Part shown: positions 7,465 to 16,043 of the stretch, in pieces
Numbering within the stretch: position 1 is the stretch's first letter
How the letters are laid out: the number at the start of each line of letters is the position of its first letter
IMG/VR virus record: IMGVR_UViG_2534682074_000009
DNA from: a virus
Taxonomy: Duplodnaviria; Heunggongvirae; Uroviricota; Caudoviricetes
Reading direction: 5' to 3' (one strand)
Length of the DNA: 22,175 nt
Notes under the pieces: generated by a model
Seen by the model: only the letters and a program-made list of their open reading frames with translations
Databases searched by the model: none
Told to the model about the DNA's origin: nothing
Made by a program: the position numbers and the translations under genes

Positions 7465-8064
7465 ATGGCTGATATTGATTTATCTGGACAGTCCCCAGAG
7501 CAAGGAACCACTCCTAAGGGCGATTTAGATCCTGATATCCTTATAAGGCGAGATAGACGGGATGGTATAGAGCGTAGAAGTATGCGATTAGTGCTCTCTG
7601 CCGTTGTGCTTTGTTTTGCTTGTACATTTCTATGGCAGGGGCTTAACTTTGCTTTGGCTGTTGGAAATGGCTTGCTGGAAGCGAAAAGCAGTATTGCCGC
7701 AGCGATAACACAAAAAGTAGATACACAAACTTGTGTTTCAGCAGAAAAATGTTCTGCTTTATCTTCGGATCCGAAGATGGCTGATGAGAGGATAACACCA
7801 TCTTCAGACACTAATAAAGTTAGAAAATCTATTTCTGGTTTATCCACCGATTGGTTATCGGCCAGTTCTCTAATAGCTATTGTTGCATTCATCCTTGGTG
7901 TGGGTTTAACTTTGCTTTTGACTCTTCTTAAATCAGCATTTCAACACCCGACAGATAAAGACTTTAGAACAAAGTCGACATCTAATACTATTGAGTTGGC
8001 CACGCCAATCAGTGAATTAATAATTGGTGTTCTGAATATAATTAAAGACAAACTATCTAAGTAA
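7465..8064 (+). CDS. Predicted small membrane protein with two hydrophobic helices
   Basis: 199-codon ORF in AT-rich DNA. Two ~22-residue hydrophobic segments (LVLSAVVLCFACTFLWQGLNFALAV and LIAIVAFILGVGLTLLLTLL). Start uncertain (weak SD; internal Met at 7582 possible). Followed by the 8107-8139 terminator. Confidence 0.45.
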   Translation: MADIDLSGQSPEQGTTPKGDLDPDILIRRDRRDGIERRSMRLVLSAVVLCFACTFLWQGLNFALAVGNGLLEAKSSIAAAITQKVDTQTCVSAEKCSALSSDPKMADERITPSSDTNKVRKSISGLSTDWLSASSLIAIVAFILGVGLTLLLTLLKSAFQHPTDKDFRTKSTSNTIELATPISELIIGVLNIIKDKLSK

Positions 8065-8106
8065 AGCATTAGTTGTGATTTTTTATTGGTTTTAGTGATA
8101 ATACAT

Positions 8107-8139
8107 CTCCAGTACTTATTGTTACTGGAGAGTATTTTT
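8107..8139 (+). terminator. Intrinsic terminator in the convergent gap
   Basis: Stem CTCCAGTA / TACTGGAG (8107-8114 / 8123-8130), 8-nt loop, then agtattttt. Sits between the plus-strand membrane ORF and the stop of the minus-strand 313-aa gene. Confidence 0.45.
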
Positions 8140-8146
8140 AGTCGTT

Positions 8147-9088
8147 TTATATTTTTAATGTTAGTGAATGATATTCACGAGAGTTCACGTTCGATGTGAT
8201 GTAATCGGGGGCGTTAACACCAAGAATCGCAACGAGTAATCGGCAAATTAAAGCCTGCATTTGTTGTAATATGTCATCTCCATATTGATAATTGTTAATA
8301 GTGGTAAAGCCAAGTGGTTGACCATGAAACATAGCTTCATGAAAGTTTTCATTGCGGATGTTTGTAATGTTTTTTTTGCCTGTAACCCATGATGGTCGTG
8401 GTATTCCATAAGTTTTGCAGATCCACTTCAAGCGCCTGGAGTGATTTAGAGTCTTTTCTGTACACTTGTTCTTTTCTGCCCATGTTAAAGCAAAGCAACT
8501 ATCCAGTGCCATATAAAGATACTGGAATTTTTCGAAGCTAAGGTATTGTGGGTTTTGGGATAAAAATAGTGCATGCACTATTGCTGCTATATTTATTGGT
8601 GCGTGTTTGGTTTTTGTCTCGCTAGACATGTATTTGAGTGCTAATTCTATAACCTCTTTTTCAGAGCACTTGACCAGAATAAAGTCAGTTAATTTGCTGG
8701 GTTTTATTGGGGTTGCGTCTAAAAAACCGGCATCAGTAGTTGTTAATCTTATCCCTTTGAAAAAAGACAGACACCACACAGCAAAATTGAGAGTTTCTAG
8801 TGAAGATGTATTTTTTAATTTTAGTGAGTGTGTTTTGGGTAAACCAAATACTCGTTGGCTAAAAGGCATTGTGGATATGCCTCCATTGAGGTTATATACT
8901 TCTTGGTTTCCTGGGTATATCCAACCGTTAATAACATTTCTGTGATTGTTTATAAGATTTGTTTTTTCCGCTAGACCGGGTAAAGTAAGTAAAGAAAAAT
9001 CATCAGTTTCAACGTTAACTTCTACTGGATAGTATCCAAACTCAGCTTCAATATCATTGGATTGCTGTTCGTCAACTTTACCTTGCAT
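8147..9088 (-). CDS. Hypothetical 313-aa cargo protein; possible HEPN-like (R-x4-H) domain
   Basis: Long uninterrupted ORF in AT-rich DNA; GGAG 6 nt upstream of the ATG. Same orientation and position relative to cos that tin/old occupy in P2. Single motif R245-N-E-N-F-H250 in a predicted helical C-terminal half. No family confidently recognised. Confidence 0.7.
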   Translation of the reverse strand: MQGKVDEQQSNDIEAEFGYYPVEVNVETDDFSLLTLPGLAEKTNLINNHRNVINGWIYPGNQEVYNLNGGISTMPFSQRVFGLPKTHSLKLKNTSSLETLNFAVWCLSFFKGIRLTTTDAGFLDATPIKPSKLTDFILVKCSEKEVIELALKYMSSETKTKHAPINIAAIVHALFLSQNPQYLSFEKFQYLYMALDSCFALTWAEKNKCTEKTLNHSRRLKWICKTYGIPRPSWVTGKKNITNIRNENFHEAMFHGQPLGFTTINNYQYGDDILQQMQALICRLLVAILGVNAPDYITSNVNSREYHSLTLKI

Positions 9089-9326
9089 ACATTGCTCCGG
9101 TCAAAAATAGGCTCGATAATTCTCGTAAGCCTATCATGTTCGCAAAGTATCCATTCCTGTGGATTTTGTAAATTTAAGTTGATTTGTCATTAAATAAGCC
9201 GTTGCATGCAACAAGTGAATGTTTTTGCATGCGTCGGGGATGTCCGTTCAGGCTGCGTGCGGTCAGGACTGGTGCGGATCCATAGTATCTATGCAACTGC
9301 ATTAAAACCGCCCCATGAAGCGGGCG

Positions 9327-9345
9327 GGCGAGGCGGGGAAAGCAC
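9327..9345. other. cos site (19-nt cohesive-end sequence, P2-type)
   Basis: GGCGAGGCGGGGAAAGCAC matches the P2 cohesive-end sequence as I remember it, at the expected place between the cargo region and Q, followed by a G/T-rich packaging region (9346-9480). Confidence 0.55.
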
Positions 9346-9487
9346 TGCGCGCTGGCGGTGGTGCTGATTTTATTTTTTCAGCGTCTGAGCGCGTCGTGAA
9401 GGCGCTTAGTCTGCCCGTTGAGGCGTTGGTGTGTCTGCGGGGTGTTTTGTGCGGTGGTGAGCGTGTGAGGGCGTGATGACGGGGTGT

Positions 9488-9509
9488 AAAAAAGCCGCCC
9501 GCAGGCGGC
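9488..9509 (-). terminator. Intrinsic terminator downstream of Q
   Basis: On the minus strand: stem GCCGCC / GGCGGC with 4-nt loop followed by six T (six A at 9488-9493 on plus), 6 bp after the Q stop. Confidence 0.5.
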
Positions 9510-9514
9510 GATGT

Positions 9515-10549
9515 TCAGCCGTTGTCAGTGTCCAGTGAGTAGTTTTTAAAGCGGATGACCTCCTGACCGAGCCAGCCGTTTATCTCGCGGATCCTGTCCT
9601 GTAGCGGGATAAGCTCATTGCGGACAAAGACCTTTGCCACTTTCTCAATATCACCCAGCGACCCGACGTTCTCCGGCTTGCCGCCCATCAACTGAAAGGG
9701 GATGCGGTGCGCGTCCAGCAGGTCAGCGGCGCTGGCTTTTTTGATATTAAAAAAATCGTCCTTCGTTGCCACTTCACTGAGCGGGATAATTTTAATGCCG
9801 TCGGCTTTCCCCTGCGGGGCATAGAGAAACAGATTTTTAAAGTTGTTGCGGCCTTTCGACTTGACCATGTTTTCGCGAAGCATTTCGATATCGTTGCGAT
9901 CCTGCACGGCATCGGTGACGTACATGATATATCCGGCATGAGCGCCGTTTTCGTAATACTTGCGGCGGAACAGCGTGGCCGACTCATTCAGCCAGGCAGA
10001 ATTAAGGGCGCTGAGATATTCCGGCAGGCCGTACAGCTCCTGATTAATATCCGGCTCCAGCAGGTGAAACACGGAGCCGGGCGCGAAGGCTGTCGGCTCG
10101 TTGAAGGACGGCACCCACCAGTAAACATCCTCTTCCACACCACGGCGGGTATATTTTGCCGGTGAGGTTTCCAGTCTGATGACCTTACCGGTGGTGCTGT
10201 AACGCTTTTCCAGAAACGCATTACCGAACACCAGAAAATCCAGCACAAAGCGGCTGAAATCCTGCTGCGAAAGCCACGGATGCGGGATAAACGTTGAAGC
10301 CAGAATATTGCGTTTGACGTAAATCGGTGAGCTGTGATGCACGGCAGCACGCAGGCTTTTTGCCAGACCGGTAAAGCTGACCGGTGGCTCATACCATCTG
10401 CCGTTACTGATGCACTCGACGTAATCCAGAATGTCACGGCGGTCGAGTACCGGCACCGGCTCGCCAAAGGTGAATGCTTCCATTTTCGGGGCGCTGGCGG
10501 TGATTGTTTTTGCCGCAGGTCGCGGTGTTTTCCCTTTTTTCTTACTCAT
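9515..10549 (-). CDS. Q: Portal protein (P2 gpQ-like)
   Basis: 344 aa, first late gene next to cos on the minus strand, overlapping the P stop; size and position as in P2. Confidence 0.9.
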   Translation of the reverse strand: MSKKKGKTPRPAAKTITASAPKMEAFTFGEPVPVLDRRDILDYVECISNGRWYEPPVSFTGLAKSLRAAVHHSSPIYVKRNILASTFIPHPWLSQQDFSRFVLDFLVFGNAFLEKRYSTTGKVIRLETSPAKYTRRGVEEDVYWWVPSFNEPTAFAPGSVFHLLEPDINQELYGLPEYLSALNSAWLNESATLFRRKYYENGAHAGYIMYVTDAVQDRNDIEMLRENMVKSKGRNNFKNLFLYAPQGKADGIKIIPLSEVATKDDFFNIKKASAADLLDAHRIPFQLMGGKPENVGSLGDIEKVAKVFVRNELIPLQDRIREINGWLGQEVIRFKNYSLDTDNG

Positions 10550-12321
10550 CAGTAAAACTCCAGAATGGTGGATGTCAGCGGGGTGCTGATACCGGCGGTG
10601 AGTGGCTCATTTAACAGGGCGTGCATGGTCGCCCAGGCGAGGTCGGCGTGGCTGGCTTCCTCGCTGCGGCTGGCCTCATAGGTGGCGCTGCGTCCGCTGC
10701 TGGTCATGGTCTTGCGGATAGCCATAAACGAGCTGGTGATGTCGGTGGCGCTGACGTCATATTCCAGACAGCCACGGCGGATAACGTCTTTTGCCTTGAG
10801 CACCATTGCGGTTTTCATTTCCGGCGTGTAGCGGATATCGCGCGCGGCGGGATAGAACGAGCGCACGAGCTGGAACACGCCGACACCGAGGCCGGTGGCA
10901 TCAATTCCGATGTATTCGACGTTGTATTTTTCGGTGAGTTTGCGGATGGATTCAGCCTGAGTGGCAAAGTCCATGCCTTTCCACTGGTGACGCTCAAGTA
11001 TTCTGAATTTGCCACCGGCCACCACCGGCGGTGCCAGTACCACGCATCCGGCGCTGTCGCCACGGTGTGACGGGTCGTAACCAATCCATACCGGGCGGGA
11101 GCCGAACGGATTGGCGGCAAACGGCGCATAGTCTTCCCATTCTTCCAGCGTGTCGACCATGCAGCGTTGCAGCTCCTCGAACGGGAACACCGACGCCTTG
11201 TCGTCAACAAATTCACACATGAACAGGTTTTTAAAATCGTCGGCGCTGTTTTCACGTTTGAGCTGCTCAATGTCGAACAGCGTGCAGCCGCCTTTCAGCG
11301 CGTCCTCAATGGTGACAATCTGCCGCCACTGGCCGTCCGCACAGAGAAGCCCACCGGCAAGGGCGTTATGACTGACGTCGATTTCCACGCGTTCAGCGGC
11401 GCTGGCGCGTCCCCGGTTAAACAGTTCACCCGACCAGAACGGATAGGCGTCGTGCGCCAGCGTGGACGGGGTGGAGAAATAGGTCGAGCGCAGGTGACTC
11501 TGTGAGGCCATACCTGATGCCACCTTACGCAGTACCTGAAAATTCGGGATCCAGAAAATCTCGTCGACGTACAGGTCGCCGTTATGGCTCTGCGCGGTGT
11601 TGGAGTTGGTGCCGAGAAAAATCAGTTTTGCGCCGTTATTGCCCAGGACAATCGGGTCACCGGTCAGGTCAACGTCAACCAGTCGGGCAAAGGCGATGAT
11701 GTATTCGCGGAACACATACGCCTGCGTTTTACTGGCCGACAGAAAAATCTGGTTATGACCGGTTTTCAGGGCGCGCAGCAGCGCCTCGCGGGAAAAATAA
11801 AACGTCGCGCCAATCTGGCGGGATTTCAGGATATCGCGGATGCGGTGCTCAAGCCCGGCGCGATACCAGTGCAACTGATATTCGAAAGACTGCTCAAAGA
11901 AAATCTGCTCCAGCTTTTCGATAGCCTCGTCGCTGAAAAAATTCTTTTTCGGTTTGCGTCGCCCGCCTTTGTTGCGGTTAGCGATGTTCGGATTAAGGTC
12001 TGCCTCGTTGCCGGTCTGGTTGTAGCGGTTTACCCGTGCCAGTCGTTCAATCTGGCGTCCCAGCAGATCAATTTCCTTGAAGTCACCGCCGGTTTTCTGC
12101 GGTTTGATGATGAGCTGGGTCAGCCGCGCTTCCAGACTCATTTCGACACGGCTGATGGGAGCAACGCTGTCCCAGCCGTCGCGCTGTTTCCAGCTCTGCA
12201 CCGTCGGGCGTTTCATCTGCAACATGGCGGCAATCTGCGGCACGGAAAACCCCTGCCAGTACAGCAGCGCCGCCTGACGACGCGGGTCGTGTAAAAGAGT
12301 GGTGTCTGTGGTGATGGTCAT
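10549..12321 (-). CDS. P: Terminase large (ATPase) subunit (P2 gpP-like)
   Basis: 590 aa from the Met at 12321 (MTITTDTTLL), which has a GAGGT SD upstream; the six-frame ORF extends to 12351 without an SD. Divergent from O, as in P2. Confidence 0.9.
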   Translation of the reverse strand: MTITTDTTLLHDPRRQAALLYWQGFSVPQIAAMLQMKRPTVQSWKQRDGWDSVAPISRVEMSLEARLTQLIIKPQKTGGDFKEIDLLGRQIERLARVNRYNQTGNEADLNPNIANRNKGGRRKPKKNFFSDEAIEKLEQIFFEQSFEYQLHWYRAGLEHRIRDILKSRQIGATFYFSREALLRALKTGHNQIFLSASKTQAYVFREYIIAFARLVDVDLTGDPIVLGNNGAKLIFLGTNSNTAQSHNGDLYVDEIFWIPNFQVLRKVASGMASQSHLRSTYFSTPSTLAHDAYPFWSGELFNRGRASAAERVEIDVSHNALAGGLLCADGQWRQIVTIEDALKGGCTLFDIEQLKRENSADDFKNLFMCEFVDDKASVFPFEELQRCMVDTLEEWEDYAPFAANPFGSRPVWIGYDPSHRGDSAGCVVLAPPVVAGGKFRILERHQWKGMDFATQAESIRKLTEKYNVEYIGIDATGLGVGVFQLVRSFYPAARDIRYTPEMKTAMVLKAKDVIRRGCLEYDVSATDITSSFMAIRKTMTSSGRSATYEASRSEEASHADLAWATMHALLNEPLTAGISTPLTSTILEFY

Positions 12322-12494
12322 GAATACCTCGCCGTGATGAATACACGGCAAGGCTACTGAGTCGCGCCCCGCGATTCGCTAAGGTGCTGTTGTGTCAGTG
12401 ATAAGCCATCCGGGACTGATGGCGGAGGATGCGCATCGTCGGGAAACTGATGCCGACATGTGACTCCTCTAATCACTATTCAGGACTCCTGACA
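12322..12494. promoter_or_regulatory. Divergent late-promoter region between P and O
   Basis: Intergenic region between divergently transcribed P and O, where P2 has Ogr-dependent late promoters. I could not find a clean TGT-N12-ACA element by eye. Confidence 0.35.
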
Positions 12495-13349
12495 ATGGCA
12501 AAAAAAGTCTCAAAATTCTTTCGTATCGGCGTTGAGGGTGACACCTGTGACGGGCGTGTCATCAGTGCGCAGGATATTCAGGAAATGGCCGAAACCTTTG
12601 ACCCGCGTGTCTATGGTTGCCGCATTAACCTGGAACATCTGCGCGGCATCCTGCCTGACGGTATTTTTAAGCGTTATGGCGATGTGGCCGAACTGAAGGC
12701 CGAAAAGATTGACGATGATTCGGCGCTGAAAGGCAAATGGGCGCTGTTTGCGAAAATCACCCCGACCGATGACCTTATCGCGATGAACAAGGCCGCGCAG
12801 AAGGTCTACACCTCAATGGAAATTCAGCCGAACTTTGCCAACACCGGCAAATGTTATCTGGTGGGGCTGGCCGTCACCGATGACCCGGCAAGCCTCGGCA
12901 CGGAATATCTGGAATTCTGCCGCACGGCAAAACACAACCCCCTGAACCGCTTCAAATTAAGCCCTGAAAACCTGATTTCAGTGGCAACGCCCGTTGAGCT
13001 GGAATTTGAAGACCTGCCTGAAACCGTGTTCACCGCCCTGACCGAAAAGGTGAAATCCATTTTTGGCCGCAAACAGGCCAGCGATGACGCCCGTCTGAAT
13101 GACGTGCATGAAGCGGTGACCGCTGTTGCTGAACATGTGCAGGAAAAACTGAGCGCCACTGAGCAGCGCCTCGCTGAGATGGAAACCGCTTTTTCCGCAC
13201 TTAAGCAGGATGTGACTGACAGGGCGGATGAAACCAGCCAGGCATTCACCCGCCTGAAAAACAGTCTCGACCACACCGAAAGTCTGACCCAGCAGCGCCG
13301 CAGCAAGGCCACCGGCGGTGGCGGTGACGCCCTGATGACGAACTGCTGA
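12495..13349 (+). CDS. O: Capsid scaffolding protein (P2 gpO-like)
   Basis: 284 aa from MAKKVSKFFRIGVEGD; position before the major capsid gene; length matches P2 gpO as I recall. Confidence 0.9.
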   Translation: MAKKVSKFFRIGVEGDTCDGRVISAQDIQEMAETFDPRVYGCRINLEHLRGILPDGIFKRYGDVAELKAEKIDDDSALKGKWALFAKITPTDDLIAMNKAAQKVYTSMEIQPNFANTGKCYLVGLAVTDDPASLGTEYLEFCRTAKHNPLNRFKLSPENLISVATPVELEFEDLPETVFTALTEKVKSIFGRKQASDDARLNDVHEAVTAVAEHVQEKLSATEQRLAEMETAFSALKQDVTDRADETSQAFTRLKNSLDHTESLTQQRRSKATGGGGDALMTNC

Positions 13350-13407
13350 CCGGCGTCAGTCAGTCCGGGAAAACCTTCACGATTAACCCTTAATTTCAGG
13401 AAAAACT

Positions 13408-14481
13408 ATGCGCCAGGAAACCCGCTTTAAATTTAATGCTTACCTGTCCCGTGTTGCCGAGCTGAACGGCATCGACGCCGGTGATGTGTCGAAAAAATTC
13501 ACCGTTGAACCGTCGGTCACCCAGACCCTGATGAACACCATGCAGGAGTCCTCTGACTTTCTGACCCGCATCAACATTGTGCCGGTCAGCGAAATGAAAG
13601 GGGAAAAAATTGGTATCGGTGTCACCGGCTCCATCGCCAGCACCACCGACACCGCCGGTGGCACCGAGCGTCAGCCGAAGGACTTCTCGAAGCTGGCGTC
13701 AAACAAGTACGAATGCGACCAGATTAACTTCGATTTTTATATCCGCTACAAAACGCTTGACCTGTGGGCGCGTTATCAGGATTTCCAGCTCCGTGTCCGT
13801 AACGCCATTATCAAACGCCAGTCCCTTGATTTAATCATGGCCGGTTTTAACGGCGTGAGGCGTGCCGAAACCTCTGACCGCAGCAGCAATCCGATGCTGC
13901 AGGATGTGGCGGTCGGCTGGCTGCAGAAATACCGCAATGAAGCCCCGGCGCGCGTGATGAGCAAGGTCACTGACGAGGAAGGCCGCACCACCTCTGAGGT
14001 TATCCGCGTGGGTAAGGGCGGTGATTATGCCAGCCTTGACGCACTGGTGATGGATGCGACCAACAACCTGATTGAGCCGTGGTATCAGGAAGACCCTGAC
14101 CTTGTGGTGATTGTGGGACGTCAGCTACTGGCGGACAAGTATTTTCCCATCGTCAACAAGGAGCAGGACAACAGCGAAATGCTGGCCGCTGACGTCATCA
14201 TCAGCCAGAAACGCATCGGTAACCTGCCGGCGGTACGCGTCCCGTACTTCCCGGCGGATGCGATGCTCATCACAAAGCTGGAAAACCTGTCCATCTACTA
14301 CATGGATGACAGCCATCGCCGCGTGATTGAGGAAAACCCGAAACTCGACCGCGTGGAGAACTACGAGTCAATGAACATTGATTACGTGGTGGAAGACTAC
14401 GCCGCCGGTTGTCTGGTGGAAAAAATTAAGGTCGGTGATTTCTCCACACCGGCTAAGGCGACCGCAGAGCCGGGAGCGTAA
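13408..14481 (+). CDS. N: Major capsid protein (P2 gpN-like)
   Basis: 357 aa between scaffold and small terminase genes; AGGAAA-type SD upstream. Confidence 0.9.
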   Translation: MRQETRFKFNAYLSRVAELNGIDAGDVSKKFTVEPSVTQTLMNTMQESSDFLTRINIVPVSEMKGEKIGIGVTGSIASTTDTAGGTERQPKDFSKLASNKYECDQINFDFYIRYKTLDLWARYQDFQLRVRNAIIKRQSLDLIMAGFNGVRRAETSDRSSNPMLQDVAVGWLQKYRNEAPARVMSKVTDEEGRTTSEVIRVGKGGDYASLDALVMDATNNLIEPWYQEDPDLVVIVGRQLLADKYFPIVNKEQDNSEMLAADVIISQKRIGNLPAVRVPYFPADAMLITKLENLSIYYMDDSHRRVIEENPKLDRVENYESMNIDYVVEDYAAGCLVEKIKVGDFSTPAKATAEPGA

Positions 14482-14484
14482 CCG

Positions 14485-15228
14485 ATGACGAGTCCCGCAC
14501 AGCGCCACATGATGCGGGTCTCGGCAGCGATGACCGCGCAGCGGGAAGCCGCCCCGCTGCGACATGCAACTGTCTATGAGCAGATGCTGGTTAAGCTCGC
14601 CGCAGACCAGCGCACACTGAAAGCGATTTATTCAAAAGAGCTGAAGGCCGCGAAAAAACGCGAACTGCTGCCGTTCTGGTTGCCGTGGGTGAACGGCGTG
14701 CTGGAGCAGGGCAAAGGTGCACAGGATGACATTCTGATGACGGTCATGCTGTGGCGTCTGGATACCGGCGATATTGCCGGTGCGCTGGAGATTGCCCGTT
14801 ATGCCCTGAAGTACGGTCTGACCATGCCGGGTAAACACCGCCGCACCCCGCCGTACATGTTCACCGAGGAGGTGGCGCTCGCGGCCATGCGTGCTCACGC
14901 TGCCGGTGAGTCTGTGGATCCCCGCCTGCTGACGGACACCCTTGAACTGACCGCCACGGCTGACATGCCTGATGAAGTGCGCGCAAAGCTGCACAAAATC
15001 ACCGGTCTGTTTCTGCGTGACGCTGGTGATGCCGCAGGGGCGCTGGCACACCTGCAACGTGCGACACAGCTCGACTGTCAGGCAGGCGTCAAAAAAGAGA
15101 TTGAACGACTGGAGCGGGAGCTGAAACCGAAGCCGGAGCCGCAGCCCAAAGCGGCCACCCGCGCCCCGCGTAAGACCCGGAGCGTGACACCGGCAAAACG
15201 TGGACGCCCGAAAAAGAAAGCCAGTTAA
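14485..15228 (+). CDS. M: Terminase small / endonuclease subunit (P2 gpM-like)
   Basis: 247 aa directly after N; basic C-terminal tail (KRGRPKKKAS). Confidence 0.85.
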   Translation: MTSPAQRHMMRVSAAMTAQREAAPLRHATVYEQMLVKLAADQRTLKAIYSKELKAAKKRELLPFWLPWVNGVLEQGKGAQDDILMTVMLWRLDTGDIAGALEIARYALKYGLTMPGKHRRTPPYMFTEEVALAAMRAHAAGESVDPRLLTDTLELTATADMPDEVRAKLHKITGLFLRDAGDAAGALAHLQRATQLDCQAGVKKEIERLERELKPKPEPQPKAATRAPRKTRSVTPAKRGRPKKKAS

Positions 15229-15327
15229 CAACCGAATGCGCCCCGCGCCAGGGCGGCACGCCGGTCAGTGACGGTGAATCACCTGACACTGCACCGGCGT
15301 CCACCGCCCGACTTTTCAGAGGTAGTC

Positions 15328-15837
15328 ATGATGACGCTGATTATTCCGCGAAAGGAGGCTCCCGTGTCCGGTGAGGGTACGGTGGTCATCCCGCAACCGG
15401 CAGGCGACGAGCCGGTGATTAAAAACACGTTCTTTTTTCCCGATATTGACCCGAAGCGCGTCCGGGAACGTATGCGCCTTGAGCAGACCGTCGCCCCCGC
15501 CCGTCTGCGTGAGGCCATCAAGTCAGGCATGGCGGAGACGAATGCGGAGCTGTACGAGTACCGCGAACAGAAAATTGCTGCCGGTTTTTCGCGTCTGGCT
15601 GACGTCCCGGCGGACGGCATCGACGGTGAAAGCATCAAAGTTTTTTACTACGAGCGCGCTGTGTGTGCGATGGCGACCGCGTCGCTTTATGAGCGTTACC
15701 GCGGCGTGGATGCCAGTGCCAAGGGCGACAAGAAGGCCGACAGCATTGACAGCACCATTGATGAGCTGTGGCGGGATATGCGCTGGGCGGTGGCGCGTAT
15801 CCAGGACAAGCCGCGCTGTATCGTGAGTCAAATCTGA
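15328..15837 (+). CDS. L: Head completion protein (P2 gpL-like)
   Basis: 169 aa from MMTLIIPRKE; GAGG SD 6 nt upstream; stop overlaps the X start (TGATG). Confidence 0.85.
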   Translation: MMTLIIPRKEAPVSGEGTVVIPQPAGDEPVIKNTFFFPDIDPKRVRERMRLEQTVAPARLREAIKSGMAETNAELYEYREQKIAAGFSRLADVPADGIDGESIKVFYYERAVCAMATASLYERYRGVDASAKGDKKADSIDSTIDELWRDMRWAVARIQDKPRCIVSQI

Positions 15838-16040
15838 TGAAGACCTTTGCGCTACAGGGCGACACGCTCGACGCCATTTGTGTCCGGTATTACGGGCGCA
15901 CTGAGGGCGTGGTCGAGGCCGTGCTCGCCGCAAATCCGGGACTGGCTGAACTGGGGGCGGTGCTGCCACACGGCACCGCCGTCGAACTGCCCGACGTTCA
16001 GACCGCGCCCGTGGCTGAAACTGTCAATCTGTGGGAGTAA
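15837..16040 (+). CDS. X: Tail protein X (P2 gpX-like, LysM-like)
   Basis: 67 aa (MKTFALQGDTLDAICVRYYG...), embedded in a longer six-frame ORF; start chosen by overlap with the L stop. Confidence 0.8.
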   Translation: MKTFALQGDTLDAICVRYYGRTEGVVEAVLAANPGLAELGAVLPHGTAVELPDVQTAPVAETVNLWE

Positions 16041-16043
16041 CGC

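Noticed and set aside
7434-7892. 152-aa minus-strand ORF overlapping the plus-strand membrane-protein ORF
   Set aside because: Shorter than the plus-strand ORF, no clear SD, and its 3-prime end would run through the terminator hairpin; kept as the less likely alternative, not excluded.
8607-8945. 112-aa plus-strand ORF inside the 313-aa minus-strand gene
   Set aside because: Fully contained antisense to a longer, SD-supported ORF.
9688-10467. Several ORFs of 99-159 aa antisense to or overlapping Q (9688-9987, 9707-10165, 9988-10467)
   Set aside because: They lie entirely within the portal gene, lack ribosome-binding sites, and are the long antisense frames expected in GC-rich coding DNA.
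10621-12346. Multiple overlapping ORFs on both strands inside the terminase P gene (for example 11584-12294, 236 aa)
   Set aside because: All are embedded in a well-supported 590-aa core gene; their arginine/glycine/alanine-rich translations are typical frame artefacts of GC-rich sequence.
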